Below are positions 28,760 to 39,522 of a stretch of 64,000 nucleotides of DNA, one piece after another. Each line of letters opens with the position of its first letter. Position 1 is the first letter of the stretch. The stretch comes from an uncultured bacterium (GTDB lineage Bacteria > Hydrothermota > UBA3073 > NMUJ01 > CBEVQO01): contig CBEVQO010000001.1 of NCBI GenBank assembly GCA_965552055.1, positions 256,001 to 320,000 on the forward strand. The letters run 5' to 3'. Both the position numbers and the translations under genes were made by a program. The notes beneath the pieces are model-generated. The model made no database searches. It had not been told where the DNA came from and saw nothing but the letters and a program-made list of their open reading frames with translations.

Positions 28760-30001
28760 GTGATTAAAATTGAGAATGATTTGAAGGAAAGGGAAGTTTT
28801 AGATTATATTTTTTCTATTTTTCATCGCAAAGAAGCCATAATCATAAAAGGAGCAAGAAGAACCGGGAAAACATCTTTGATGAAATTAATGGCTAAGAAG
28901 TTGATGAAGGAAGGAGAAAAAGTCATTTTCCTCGATATGGAAATACCTGAAGATAGGGAGATTGCAGAAAAAGGTGTAAGTTACCTTTTGAAAGTTTTTG
29001 GTAGAGGGATTTATTTTATCGATGAAATTCATTTATTATCTTCGCCTGCGAGTTTCATAAAGATTGCGGTTGACCATCACAGAGCCGATATGAAATTGAT
29101 ATGCTCCGGCTCATCGAGCATCGCATTAAACATGAAATTCAAAACATCATTGATCGGAAGAATAATCGAAGTAGAACTTTTCCCTCTGAGTTTCCGTGAA
29201 TTCTTGATTTTTAGAGATAAAAAACATTTGGCAAATTTACTGCCACAGTTCAGTTTTGAAAAAATTAACAAAGTGGAAATTCCGCAATCTCTTTTTGAAG
29301 AATTCAAAGAATATCTCAGAATAGGCGGCTATCCAGAAGTAGTTCTTTCTGAAACCGATGAGGAGCGTAAACTTCTTCTCTCTCAGTTTTTCAACCTTTA
29401 TGCCAAAAAAGATTTACATGATATTATGAAATTGAAAAAAGAAGCGGCTTTTGACAGATTTTTATTTGCATTGGCTTCAACAAATGCTTCTCTACTAAAT
29501 TTATCAGAGCTATCACGAGAAATTGGTGTCTCTGTAAAGACATTACAAAATTATCTAAAAATTCTCGAAGGCTTATTTTTGGTTAAATTATGCTATCCCT
29601 ATGCCAGGAAATTACGCAAAGAAATAAGGAGCATGCCAAAGGTTTATTTCGTTGATACAGGATTTGTGAACTGGGCAACAAGGAGGCTTAACGGATTAAC
29701 CGAGCGTGATATGGGTATCTTACTTGAAAATTATGTTTTTATTTCGCTTTTGAGAAAAAGGTTTGAAAGAGTAAATTTCTGGAGAAAGAAAACAGGAATA
29801 GAAGTAGATTTCATCGTCCAAGAAAGAAATATCATACCTGTGGAAGTGAAATGGCGCTACAGGAAAGGACTTAAAAATCTTTCAAAATTCATGAAAGAAT
29901 ATGATATAAAACGGGGTTTTATCTTCTCTTTTGATGAGATGGAGAAAATAAAAGAGCACGGAAAAGAAATCCATATTTTGCCTTCCTTACTTTTAGCCTG
30001 A
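28760..30001 (+). CDS. AAA_14/DUF4143-type ATPase
   Basis: GARRTGKTS, FIDEIH, GGYPE, KVYFVDTG, EVDF..PVEVK. Confidence 0.9.
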   Translation: MIKIENDLKEREVLDYIFSIFHRKEAIIIKGARRTGKTSLMKLMAKKLMKEGEKVIFLDMEIPEDREIAEKGVSYLLKVFGRGIYFIDEIHLLSSPASFIKIAVDHHRADMKLICSGSSSIALNMKFKTSLIGRIIEVELFPLSFREFLIFRDKKHLANLLPQFSFEKINKVEIPQSLFEEFKEYLRIGGYPEVVLSETDEERKLLLSQFFNLYAKKDLHDIMKLKKEAAFDRFLFALASTNASLLNLSELSREIGVSVKTLQNYLKILEGLFLVKLCYPYARKLRKEIRSMPKVYFVDTGFVNWATRRLNGLTERDMGILLENYVFISLLRKRFERVNFWRKKTGIEVDFIVQERNIIPVEVKWRYRKGLKNLSKFMKEYDIKRGFIFSFDEMEKIKEHGKEIHILPSLLLA

Positions 30002-30018
30002 ACCCCATCAATTAAAAG

Positions 30019-30597
30019 TTATGTCCATTCCTTTATCATCCTTTCTATTATTTTCCTTGCATTTTCATCGAGTTCGGGATAATCTTCAAGGCTGAAAACA
30101 GCTCCCAGAAAAATTTCAAAACTCTGACCATAAAATTTCTTCTCAAAATCCCTTTTCACTTTTTCCTTCGCCCATTTGTATCTTTCATATAGAAAAGCGA
30201 TATCATAAATATCTTTGGTCTCAATTCTCCTCCCGGCTGCATAAATTTTGTTCAAGAAAATGTCATAATCGGAAGCCATCTTTAACCCCTCATATTTCAC
30301 GAGTCGCTTTACATTTTTGAAAGGAAAGTAAACAAAAGAAATTTTTATCCTCTGAGTAAAAAAATCAATGTTATCTTCGCCTATTTCTACCTTTTCCATT
30401 TGAAAAAATCTTTTAAATTTTTGTAAAAGACGCATTTTTGAGAAAAATCTTTCACTCAAAAAATCCATATCTTCACTTATTCGGTGTTTGTATTTTATCA
30501 TCAAAGCAGTACCACCTGCAAGATAAAATCGGGGAAAAACTCTTTGAATTTCTCTCCCGAGTTCTATCATTCTATCAACAATTTCGTTTATCTTCAT
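30019..30597 (-). CDS. AbiEii-family nucleotidyltransferase toxin
   Basis: FYLAGGTAL..HRISEDMDF; K..A..RR..KDIYDI. Confidence 0.85.
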   Translation of the reverse strand: MKINEIVDRMIELGREIQRVFPRFYLAGGTALMIKYKHRISEDMDFLSERFFSKMRLLQKFKRFFQMEKVEIGEDNIDFFTQRIKISFVYFPFKNVKRLVKYEGLKMASDYDIFLNKIYAAGRRIETKDIYDIAFLYERYKWAKEKVKRDFEKKFYGQSFEIFLGAVFSLEDYPELDENARKIIERMIKEWT

Positions 30598-30835
30598 GCC
30601 ATTTTTTCATCCAGAATTTAATCCCTCTTTTTATATCGGGATATTTAAAAGTTATGGCATAAGTTTCTTCAGGATATTTTTGATAAAGCCATTTTATATC
30701 CTCAAAATCACCGTACTTTAAAATTCTCAAAATGAATTTTTCGAGAAAAGTAACTCCTTCAGGCTCATCCCAGAAAAACTTCTTATATTTTGACGGGATT
30801 TCTACTTTTTGCTTGTATGTAAGTTTAATCCTCAT
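30575..30835 (-). CDS. Small partner/antitoxin of AbiEii
   Basis: FFWD..ILRILKYGDFEDIKWL; overlaps the toxin start. Confidence 0.7.
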   Translation of the reverse strand: MRIKLTYKQKVEIPSKYKKFFWDEPEGVTFLEKFILRILKYGDFEDIKWLYQKYPEETYAITFKYPDIKRGIKFWMKKWHEDKRNC

Positions 30836-30908
30836 CTTTTAATTTACTCTTATTTTTAACCTGTCAACCATTTTCTTGACAAAAGTGAATTTTGAGTAAA
30901 AATTTTTG

Positions 30909-33431
30909 ATGGCTCAGATTACCCCTCTCATCCATCAGTATCGCAAGATAAAAGAGAAATACAAAGATTGCATCCTCTTCTTTCAGGTTGGTGATTTTTA
31001 TGAGACATTTTTTGAAGATGCAAAACTTATCTCAAAAGTTTTACAGATAGCACTTACGAAGCGCCAGGAAGGTGTGCCTCTCGCAGGCGTGCCAATACAC
31101 GCAGCCCAACCCTACATCGAGCGCCTCGTAAAAGAAGGATACAAAGTAGCAATATGCCAGCAACTGGAAGAACCAAAACCAGGCAAAATAGTAAAAAGAG
31201 GAGTCGTAGAAGTAATAACCCAGGGAACAATCGTAGATTCAGAAATCCTGCCAACAAAGGAATATAACTTTTTAATGGCAATATATAAAGAAAACAAAAA
31301 AGCAGGAATAGCAATAGTCGATGTATCCACAGGAGAATTTTTGACAACAGAGTTAGATGATAATGAATTACAGGATGAAATCGATAGGTTATCACCAAAA
31401 GAAATTTTAATCCCGGAAAATATGGAAGATTTTAATTATCAGAATATAACAAGATTACCTTTATCTTATTTTGACGAAGTGATGGCAGAAGAAATTTTGA
31501 AAGAACACTTTGGTGTATATACGCTATCTGGCTTTGGTATAGAAGATAAACCTCTCTGCAAGCGCTCATCAGGTGCGGTATTGCAATACATAAGGGAGAC
31601 GAAGCGCTCAAAGGCAGAGCACATCAAAAAGCTGAGATTTTACAGACGAAAAGATTACATGATAATTGATGATGCAACAAGAAGAAACCTCGAACTTATC
31701 AAAAAAATAGGAACAGATGATAAAAAGGGAACACTTCTCTGGGTAATGGATAACACCCTCACACCCATGGGTGCAAGATTATTAAGAAAAGAAATCCTGG
31801 CTCCATTGATAGATAAGAAAAAAATAGAAGAAAGATTGGAATTGACAGATGTTTTCTATCAAAATAAAGATTTGCTAAAAGAAATAAGAGAAAAGTTAGA
31901 AAAAATTTCGGATATCGAACGCATAACCACGAAGATAGCACTGGAAAGGGCAAATCCACGGGATTTAATCGCACTGAAAAACAGCATAAAAATATTACCA
32001 GAAATAAACAAAATCCTCGAAAAATCTGAAAAATTGAAAAATCTGAAATTAAAAGAGTTAAGAGAAATTTATGAATTGATAGATAGAGCAATAGTGGAAA
32101 ATCCACCCCAAACAATAACAGAAGGCGGTATTCTGAAAAAGGGATATATAAAAGAACTCGATGAATTGCGGGAAATTTCTTTAAACAGCAAAAAATTGAT
32201 TTCTGAAATGGAAGAGAGAGAAAGAAGAAGGACAGGAATACAATCACTGAAAATAGGTTATAATACAGTTTTTGGATATTACATTGAAGTTACGAAAGCA
32301 AATCTTAAATATGTGCCAAAAGATTATATAAGGAAGCAAACACTTGTGAATGCAGAGCGCTTTGTAACAGAAGAACTGAAAAGATTAGAAGAAAAAATTT
32401 TATCATGCGAAGAAAAGATAAAACAGATTGAATATGAAGAATTTTGCAAAATAAGAAGGGAAATAAAAGAAAAAATTGAAGATTTGCAGGAAGTATCCGA
32501 AAAATTGGGCTTCATAGATTTAATCTCAAATTTCGCCTATATTTCTATAAAGAATAACTACAGGAAACCCGAAATCCATGATGGTTATGAAATTGTGATA
32601 AAAAGAGGAAGGCATCCCGTTGTTGAAAAGTTAATAGAGGAAGAATTTATACCGAATGATACTGTTCTGAATGATAATCAGCAAATTTTGATAATAACAG
32701 GCCCCAATATGTCTGGCAAATCCACCTATTTGCGTCAGGTAGCACTCATTGTGATAATGGCACAGATGGGCTGCTTTGTACCAGCAGATTACGCAAAGAT
32801 AGGAATTGTAGATAGAGTATTTACAAGGATTGGTGCATCAGATGACTTATCCCGTGGAGTAAGCACATTTCTCGCAGAAATGATAGAAACATCTAACATT
32901 TTGAACAACGCTACAAAGAGGAGCTTGGTTTTACTTGATGAAATCGGCAGAGGTACATCAACCTTTGATGGTATGGCAATAGCATGGGCTACAACTGAGT
33001 ATCTCCTGAAAAATGTGGGATGTAAAACTCTTTTTGCAACACATTATCATGAACTCGTTGATTTGCAAACAATATCTTCAAAGATTAAGAATTTTCATTT
33101 TTCTGCAAAACGCTACAAAGACAGGTTAATTTTCATGAGAGAATTAAGAGCAGGTGGATGCGATGACAGCTTCGGGATAGATGTTGCAAAGATGGCAGGA
33201 ATACCCGATGATGTTGTAAAAAGGGCAAGGAAATTATTGAGCGAGATGGAAAAATTACACAGAAAATGGCGGGAAGATAGGGCAAAATCAAGACAAAAAG
33301 AATTATTCTTTGAAAAAGAAGAGAAAAAAGAACACCCGGTTATAGAAGAATTGAGAAAAATAGATATAAATAACATGACACCCATAGAAGCCCTCCTTAA
33401 ACTAAAAGAATTAAAAGAAAAATTTGCTTGA
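30909..33431 (+). CDS. mutS: DNA mismatch repair protein MutS
   Basis: GDFYETF, TGPNMSGKSTYLRQ, STFLAEM, DEIGRGTST, FATHYHEL. Confidence 0.98.
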   Translation: MAQITPLIHQYRKIKEKYKDCILFFQVGDFYETFFEDAKLISKVLQIALTKRQEGVPLAGVPIHAAQPYIERLVKEGYKVAICQQLEEPKPGKIVKRGVVEVITQGTIVDSEILPTKEYNFLMAIYKENKKAGIAIVDVSTGEFLTTELDDNELQDEIDRLSPKEILIPENMEDFNYQNITRLPLSYFDEVMAEEILKEHFGVYTLSGFGIEDKPLCKRSSGAVLQYIRETKRSKAEHIKKLRFYRRKDYMIIDDATRRNLELIKKIGTDDKKGTLLWVMDNTLTPMGARLLRKEILAPLIDKKKIEERLELTDVFYQNKDLLKEIREKLEKISDIERITTKIALERANPRDLIALKNSIKILPEINKILEKSEKLKNLKLKELREIYELIDRAIVENPPQTITEGGILKKGYIKELDELREISLNSKKLISEMEERERRRTGIQSLKIGYNTVFGYYIEVTKANLKYVPKDYIRKQTLVNAERFVTEELKRLEEKILSCEEKIKQIEYEEFCKIRREIKEKIEDLQEVSEKLGFIDLISNFAYISIKNNYRKPEIHDGYEIVIKRGRHPVVEKLIEEEFIPNDTVLNDNQQILIITGPNMSGKSTYLRQVALIVIMAQMGCFVPADYAKIGIVDRVFTRIGASDDLSRGVSTFLAEMIETSNILNNATKRSLVLLDEIGRGTSTFDGMAIAWATTEYLLKNVGCKTLFATHYHELVDLQTISSKIKNFHFSAKRYKDRLIFMRELRAGGCDDSFGIDVAKMAGIPDDVVKRARKLLSEMEKLHRKWREDRAKSRQKELFFEKEEKKEHPVIEELRKIDINNMTPIEALLKLKELKEKFA

Positions 33432-33518
33432 CATTTTTATGTAGAGATTAGAAAATCTCATCTTTAATTTATTTGCGGGCTTTTGATGCATTAGAATCTG
33501 AAAGATAAGCAAGATTTT

Positions 33519-33633
33519 ATAATTTTTAGCCCCTCCTCCCTGTCCCCACCGCCCTCTTGCACACCCCTCCTTTCAGTCGGGGTGTTGACCTACAACCCAT
33601 ATGTAATAAGCTCGCTTACGCTCGCATTAAAAA
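33519..33633. repeat. About 114-bp dispersed repeat, copy 1
   Basis: ataatttttagcccctcctccc..cacacccc..ggggtgt..tatgtaata..ctcgctt(a)cgctcg..attaaaaa; aligns with 35787-35900. Confidence 0.85.
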
Positions 33634-33790
33634 ATTTAATGAAGGCTATAGGTTATAATCCTATACTCCCGGAAGAAAACCAATTGCATCACTATCATCT
33701 ATGGAAGATGGTGGGACGGAGTATTGCTTTTTCTTTTAAAAATCAACTGTAAATTAGCTTGACTACATGAAAATAGAGTTAAATTTAGTG

Positions 33791-34006
33791 ATGGATAATA
33801 GCAAAGAAGTCCAGAGGTTATTTAAAGAAGCTCAGGAAGACCTGCTTCGTAGCAAAAAAACTTTTGAAATAAATGATTTTGTGGACGCAGTCCATAATGC
33901 TCAATTATCAATTGAAAAATTAGCAAAATCTGTAATAGCAGAAGAACTCATAAAAAGAGCAGAAGAAAATTTAATTCTGTGTGAAAAATTTTTAAAAAAA
34001 GATTGA
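33791..34006 (+). pseudogene. HEPN-domain protein with internal deletion
   Basis: EAQEDL..AVHNAQLSIEKLAKSVI joined directly to the last helix; only 71 aa; adjacent to an MNT gene. Confidence 0.6.
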
Positions 34007-34009
34007 ACA

Positions 34010-34486
34010 ATGAGATGGAATAAAAGAATAATGTTATTGGAGAAAAAAAGAATTTTGAAAAGGTTAAAAGAGATTTCAAAAGATTTGCCAGATAATTTCA
34101 AGGAAGAAATATTAGCTTATGGATTGATTGGCTCTTTCGCACGCAATACAGCAAAAAAACACAGTGATATTGATATTTTTGTAATAACAAAAGAAGATAA
34201 AATTAACGAATTCGAATTTTATAAATTTTTTAAAGAAAAATTTAAAAATTTTCAACGCGATATTACCATAATCACATATTCTTTATTCGCATTAAAGAAA
34301 ATACCCTGCTGGCATACGCTTATTATGTGTAAAGAAGGCATTTTTACCTATGATAAAGGAAACATAAAGAAAATTTTCAAAGAGATATTAAAACTCGCTA
34401 AAAAACATGGAGTAATTTGGGACAACAAAAAGAAAGTATTTGTGATAAAAGATGCACCAAGGATTGTCAAATTTGAATTAGAATGA
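34010..34486 (+). CDS. Minimal nucleotidyltransferase (MNT) domain protein
   Basis: LIGSFARNTAKKHSDIDIFVI. Confidence 0.85.
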   Translation: MRWNKRIMLLEKKRILKRLKEISKDLPDNFKEEILAYGLIGSFARNTAKKHSDIDIFVITKEDKINEFEFYKFFKEKFKNFQRDITIITYSLFALKKIPCWHTLIMCKEGIFTYDKGNIKKIFKEILKLAKKHGVIWDNKKKVFVIKDAPRIVKFELE

Positions 34487-35403
34487 ATATTTTATGCCAA
34501 AAGTCAGCGGACTCAAATCAGGATAAAGGACATACATTATCACAGATAAAAGTGTATCGTAAAGGAAATGAAAAGTGATTGATGGAGCAAGGTCATACCC
34601 ACTGCTTTTATACAACCAGCCCATATAAAGGCCTGCAAGTGTAGCCCACGATATTCTTATAAGGCAGTGCAATGGGTTTTCAGATCTTGCATGCAACAAA
34701 CCAAATATAAGCGCCTGCGATATAAGAGCAAAAATTTCAGAGTCACTTAAGCGGGCAATCTCTGTTTGCAAAAAGCCACGAAATAATGATTCTTCAGCAA
34801 GTGCAACATTGCTAAATAAAAAACCATAATACAAAGAATTTAATAGCAAAGCATATTCAGGAGATAAACCCATGCCCCAAACTCTCACCTCGTCTTTTCC
34901 AAAAATCGGGGAAGGTTTAGGAGCATCTGACAAACAGATGGAGAGTGCAATACCCCCGCCAAGAAAGAACATAAGCGGTAATATAACTTTCAAATTAGAA
35001 AGATTTTTACCAAATGCAGAAAAATATAAATTCCAGAAAGAGTTTTTTGTCCATTTATAGGATATTTTTTCCTCCAAAAGAGCAGTTTTATATGCGGAGA
35101 ATATTGAATAAAAGTACATCTCCTGTGAAATTAATAACCCTGTGCCCAAACACACAAACGCTTTCTTTGAAGGCACATCATCAAGGTCACCATCGTCATC
35201 ATCATAATAAATAAAACCACCGATTCCCATCGTCAAAGGAAGAAGTACTCTTATCAAATCCCATCCCGCTTCCTCACTTTTGCCGTTCAAAAAGTTACCA
35301 AGACCAGGAGTAGTGTTCACAAGAGCACATAAAAGTGGTTTCAAAGAGATAGATTCAGGAATGCTATCAGATAAATTCAAACTTATTAACAAAAAATAAA
35401 CAT
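34478..35403 (-). CDS. CPBP/CAAX-family intramembrane protease, apparent 1-nt deletion near the start
   Basis: AEESLFRG, FGLLH, FHFLYD; one extra T in the run at 35391-35396 gives MFIFLLISL from ATG 35403. Confidence 0.8.
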
Positions 35404-35755
35404 CATTCAAGGTGTTCCATTAACATAATGTATTGGAGAATCAATAAAGCAACATTCACCATCAAATTACAGATACATCCAATTACACAGCCTTTTGTTG
35501 ACGCTTTTATCCTCTCGTTAGAGATTACTTTTTTGTAAGTTATCTCATATTTATAAACGAATTCAGGGCTTTTACCAATAATTCTGTATCTCGGTGGCGA
35601 AGCAGGTACAATTGCTGCAACAAATATCCCATTGGTCCAAAAGCAGCACTAGCAAGATACCACAACTCCTTATCAAAATCACGAAGAGCATCTTGCTTTG
35701 CAAGCAAAGCAGGGTCTTCTGTAACAAGAATAAGAGAAAATAAAATCACCTTCAC
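35403..35755 (-). pseudogene. Small membrane protein, frameshifted at 35628-35630
   Basis: One extra G joins MKVILFSLIL..FGPMG to IFVAAIVPASPPRYRIIGKSPEFVYKY..MEHLE (117 aa); TTGACA-N15-TAAAAT at 35761-35787. Confidence 0.6.
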
Positions 35756-35786
35756 ATAAAATTTTAAAAAAATAATAGTTTTGTCA

Positions 35787-35900
35787 ATAATTTTTAGCCC
35801 CTCCTCCCAGTCCCCTCCTTCCCATTTGCACACCCCTCCTTACACTCGGGGTGTGACAAAAAACCCTTATGTAATATACTCGCTTCGCTCGTATTAAAAA
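35787..35900. repeat. About 114-bp dispersed repeat, copy 2 (same orientation)
   Basis: Aligns with 33519-33633 including the ACACCCC/GGGGTGT stem. Confidence 0.85.
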
Positions 35901-35942
35901 TCTTATTCTCTTGACATACTGATATAGAAATTAAAATTGGAG

Positions 35943-36815
35943 ATGAAAACGATAATCGTTCACGGCGGAGCAGGCATTATAACTGAATTTATCGAAGAAA
36001 GATTAAAAGGACTGGAGAAAGCAGTCGATAAGGGCTTTGAGATACTTGAAAAGGAAGATGACCCTGTAAAAGCTGTAATTGAAGCGATTAAAGTTCTCGA
36101 AAATGATGAACATTTCAATGCAGGTTTTGGCTCTGCATTAAATTTATGCGGAGATGTTGAAATGGATGCTTCTATAATGACAAGTGATGGCAGGTGTGGA
36201 GCAGTTGGATGTATAAAAGGTGTTAAAAATCCAATCGAAATCGCCTATCTTGTTATGGAAAAGACAGACCATATATTGCTTTGCGGTGAAGGTGCAACGC
36301 AATTTGCACGCCTATACGGTGTAAAATATTTCAACCCAATAAGTGAAAAAGCATTGAGATTCTGGAGAGAATATTTCGATAAAAAGGATAGGTATTTTAA
36401 GCATTATAAAGAGTTTTATTCAACTGTGGGAGCTGTTGCAATCAATTCATCAGGTAGATTATGTGCGGGCACATCAACAGGCGGTATCTTACACAAACTA
36501 CCGGGAAGGGTGGGCGATAGTGCAATAATAGGTGCAGGAACTTATTGCTCAAAAGAAGGAGCTGCTTCTGCAACAGGGCACGGCGAAGGCATAATCAAAA
36601 ATTTTATAACAAAGTATGCAGTGGATATGCTGAAAAAATACTCCGCAAAAGAAACAGCAGAATTATGTAAAAAAATAAATTGCAAATTCGGAATCATAAT
36701 CGTTGATAAAAACGGAGAAATCGGATTTTCCTTTACAACACCACAATTTTTGGTCGGATATAAAAATGAAAAAGAGGAAAAAATTTTATTTCTTAATAGT
36801 AAAAATACAGGTTGA
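35943..36815 (+). CDS. Isoaspartyl peptidase/L-asparaginase (Ntn hydrolase)
   Basis: VHGGAG, FNAGFGS, EMDASIM, STVGAVA, TSTGG, GRVGDS, TGHGE. Confidence 0.95.
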   Translation: MKTIIVHGGAGIITEFIEERLKGLEKAVDKGFEILEKEDDPVKAVIEAIKVLENDEHFNAGFGSALNLCGDVEMDASIMTSDGRCGAVGCIKGVKNPIEIAYLVMEKTDHILLCGEGATQFARLYGVKYFNPISEKALRFWREYFDKKDRYFKHYKEFYSTVGAVAINSSGRLCAGTSTGGILHKLPGRVGDSAIIGAGTYCSKEGAASATGHGEGIIKNFITKYAVDMLKKYSAKETAELCKKINCKFGIIIVDKNGEIGFSFTTPQFLVGYKNEKEEKILFLNSKNTG

Positions 36816-38168
36816 TGTCAAATAAGGTGCAACGGTAACTTCTTGCTTAAATTCTTTGCCATTTAGCCTTGCTATCATAGTATATGTGCCAGCAGGCACA
36901 TCTTTAAATAAAAACTCACCGTTTATATCTGAATACACTTTTATATTTAATTCTTTTATAAGAATTTCAACATTCGGAATTCTTTGCTTTGTCTCGATAT
37001 CTATTACTGTGCCCATAATCTTTCCGAGTGGAGAATAAATTTCAACAGCAGATGCTATTTTACCACCAGATATTTTCCACATCTCATAAGTGCCAAGCAC
37101 ATCACCATTTTCATCGAAGTCAACAGGACCTGATGCTCCTTCGTAATTTATATCCTCACCTATTTCTATTAATTTCTTTCCACGCTCAAATTCACCCGGA
37201 GTAACGGTTATACCGGGAGGATTTGAAACTTCAACTAATGCTGATTTTAACTTTGAAGGTTCAATTGATTTTGCTTTCAGCATAGCAAAAGCAAGTAACA
37301 TCATAAGGTCATAATGAGTATCACACCACACATAATTTGATGGATTTTCACCATATTTCTTCATAAACATTTTGGCAAATTTATCATAGTTAGGACCGCC
37401 TACATAAGGAGCAGTACCTACCATGCCTTCAAGATTCGCATCACCCGCTCCTTTAATAAAAGCTTCGTTCTTCAAACCTTCTGAGAAAATGAAAAAGCCA
37501 CCATAACCTTCTTTAAGCCATTCTCTAACAATTGCAGAACCACTCTGGGGATAACCTATTAAAACACATAACATTGGATTTTTAGAAAATGCCTTTATAA
37601 CCTCTTCCTTATATGAAGATTTACCCGGTTTATAAGGGACTTTTGCTATTATTCTGCCTCCTCCTTTTTTGAACTCTTCTTCAAATTTATTTGCCAAACC
37701 TTTACCATACGAGTTATCTATATAAAGGATACTTGCAGTCTTAAAGCCTTTATTCCTCGCTATTATCGCCATGACTATCCCCTGAAGCTCATCAGATGGA
37801 CATGTCCTGAAAAACACATTGTTAGGGTCATTATAGGTGAAATAAGGAGAAGTTGAACCTCCATTTAAAATAATGACATCTTTATCTTTTACATAGTTGA
37901 GAATTGCCCTTGTAACAGAACTAGACATGGCTCCTATTATAACTTTTACTCCTTGTGATATTAATTCCTTTGCACATTTTACGCCTTCAGCAGGTGAAGT
38001 TTTTGAATCTTTTATTATCAATGCGATTGTATCCCCGAGAATTCCTGCTCTATTTATCTCCTCAACTGCCAATCTCAAACCCTTTTCTGCAGGAGGACCG
38101 TAAGATGCAAGGTCACCCGAATAAGGAAGGATAACCCCGATTTTTATGGCGAAGATTAAAAACAGCAT
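36786..38168 (-). CDS. Branched-chain amino acid-type solute-binding protein with C-terminal carboxypeptidase-regulatory-like beta domain
   Basis: IKIGVILPYSG, FFRTCPSD..QG, YEGASGPVDFDENGD; GKIMGTVID..GEFLFKDVPAGTY. Confidence 0.85.
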   Translation of the reverse strand: MLFLIFAIKIGVILPYSGDLASYGPPAEKGLRLAVEEINRAGILGDTIALIIKDSKTSPAEGVKCAKELISQGVKVIIGAMSSSVTRAILNYVKDKDVIILNGGSTSPYFTYNDPNNVFFRTCPSDELQGIVMAIIARNKGFKTASILYIDNSYGKGLANKFEEEFKKGGGRIIAKVPYKPGKSSYKEEVIKAFSKNPMLCVLIGYPQSGSAIVREWLKEGYGGFFIFSEGLKNEAFIKGAGDANLEGMVGTAPYVGGPNYDKFAKMFMKKYGENPSNYVWCDTHYDLMMLLAFAMLKAKSIEPSKLKSALVEVSNPPGITVTPGEFERGKKLIEIGEDINYEGASGPVDFDENGDVLGTYEMWKISGGKIASAVEIYSPLGKIMGTVIDIETKQRIPNVEILIKELNIKVYSDINGEFLFKDVPAGTYTMIARLNGKEFKQEVTVAPYLTSTCIFTIKK

Positions 38169-38184
38169 CGCGCCTCCTTTTTAA

Positions 38185-38218
38185 TAAAAAAGGGGAGGGA
38201 GCTCAGCTCCCTCCCCCG
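38185..38218 (-). terminator. Rho-independent terminator
   Basis: GGGGAGGGAGCT/AGCTCCCTCCCC stem followed by a U-run on the minus strand. Confidence 0.8.
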
Positions 38219-38226
38219 CCATCCCA

Positions 38227-39480
38227 TCAGAACCCTATACACATGAAAGCATAGCCCGCAAACATGGGGTCTTCGCCTGCAAAGTATTTACCGGGTAGAT
38301 AATAGCCGAAAGTAGCTCCCATATCCAGTGTCTTTGAATATTTGTAGAGAAGCAGTAAGTCGAACTCCATTCCCTTATCCTTATCGGTACCAGTGGGTGC
38401 CCATACCGCCTGATACTTGAAGAAGTCAAGTCTTATTGAAAGGTCACCCATCTTATATCCAGCATTCACATCTATAACGATATTGTTTGTAACATCATCT
38501 GTCCATGGTGCAAGCAGTGAGAAACCATATTGTGAGCGTAATGTCTGACACACACCAAATCCAGGCCACCATTTATAGAAGCCAAAGGTATAAGGTCCCC
38601 ATGTGGGAGACTCATAAGCCTCGTTTTTATCGGTAGTTGTTCCATCATCACCTGAGAAGTAGAGACCTGCAAAGCCAAATGAAATTGGTCCCGTGCTATA
38701 TGAAACCTTACCCATGCCATGCATACCAGCATAGCTAACACCTGCTCCATTATCACCCATCATCATGGCAAATTCAAGAGCTAAATCAAGACCAGAAATA
38801 GGTGCACCTGCTATCCTCAGGCCTCCCCACATCGGCTTATCATCCTTCAGCACCCTGTAAAATGCATAAGGACTTATATTTAGACCCGCAACCTTGGCTG
38901 TTATCCATGTGCCAAAGAGATTCCAGTCAGGAGTAGGATAGCGCGTAGTATCTCCAGCAGGATAAGCACCTACACCAGCACATCCTCCGCCTTCTCTAAG
39001 GTCATAGTAGAATATATCGGCATCAATCATTTCACTCCTGTAAAAGAGCTTTGCACCAAGGAAACCATCTTCTCCGCCATCAAAAATCTGGTCACCATAG
39101 AGAATATGCTCCTTACCAAATCTAAAGGATAAAGGAGTGCCTCCTATATTTTCAAGAGTTATATAACCTTCTCTGACCGCAACTGCATCACCCGGACTAC
39201 CACCCTGTATGGGTGTTTCACCTGTAATCGCATGTGTGCCAAATGTTCCCCAGCAACCAAATGTAGTGTGAAGCTTTATACCTTTGCCGAAATCTGTATT
39301 AACAGTGAAATCAAAATGTAGATAATGGAACAGGTCGCTGTCCTTCGTATTCTTATCGAAATCCGAATTGTTCCAGTAGAAGCTGTAGTCGTAGAACAGT
39401 CCATGATACTCCACCTTTGGCTGTCCCCACAGATATCCTGCGAGTAACATTACCCCCATAATACTCAACACTCTACGCAT
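38227..39480 (-). CDS. Outer-membrane beta-barrel (alginate-export/porin-like)
   Basis: Signal peptide, alternating aromatic strands, C-terminal Phe, FRFGKEHILYG. Confidence 0.7.
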   Translation of the reverse strand: MRRVLSIMGVMLLAGYLWGQPKVEYHGLFYDYSFYWNNSDFDKNTKDSDLFHYLHFDFTVNTDFGKGIKLHTTFGCWGTFGTHAITGETPIQGGSPGDAVAVREGYITLENIGGTPLSFRFGKEHILYGDQIFDGGEDGFLGAKLFYRSEMIDADIFYYDLREGGGCAGVGAYPAGDTTRYPTPDWNLFGTWITAKVAGLNISPYAFYRVLKDDKPMWGGLRIAGAPISGLDLALEFAMMMGDNGAGVSYAGMHGMGKVSYSTGPISFGFAGLYFSGDDGTTTDKNEAYESPTWGPYTFGFYKWWPGFGVCQTLRSQYGFSLLAPWTDDVTNNIVIDVNAGYKMGDLSIRLDFFKYQAVWAPTGTDKDKGMEFDLLLLYKYSKTLDMGATFGYYLPGKYFAGEDPMFAGYAFMCIGF

Positions 39481-39494
39481 AGCCCCTCCTTTTT

Positions 39495-39516
39495 AAAAGA
39501 GGGGGCAAAGCCCCCA
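39495..39516 (-). terminator. Short GC hairpin, possible terminator
   Basis: GGGGGC-AAA-GCCCCC followed by U residues on the minus strand. Confidence 0.5.
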
Positions 39517-39522
39517 GAAACA

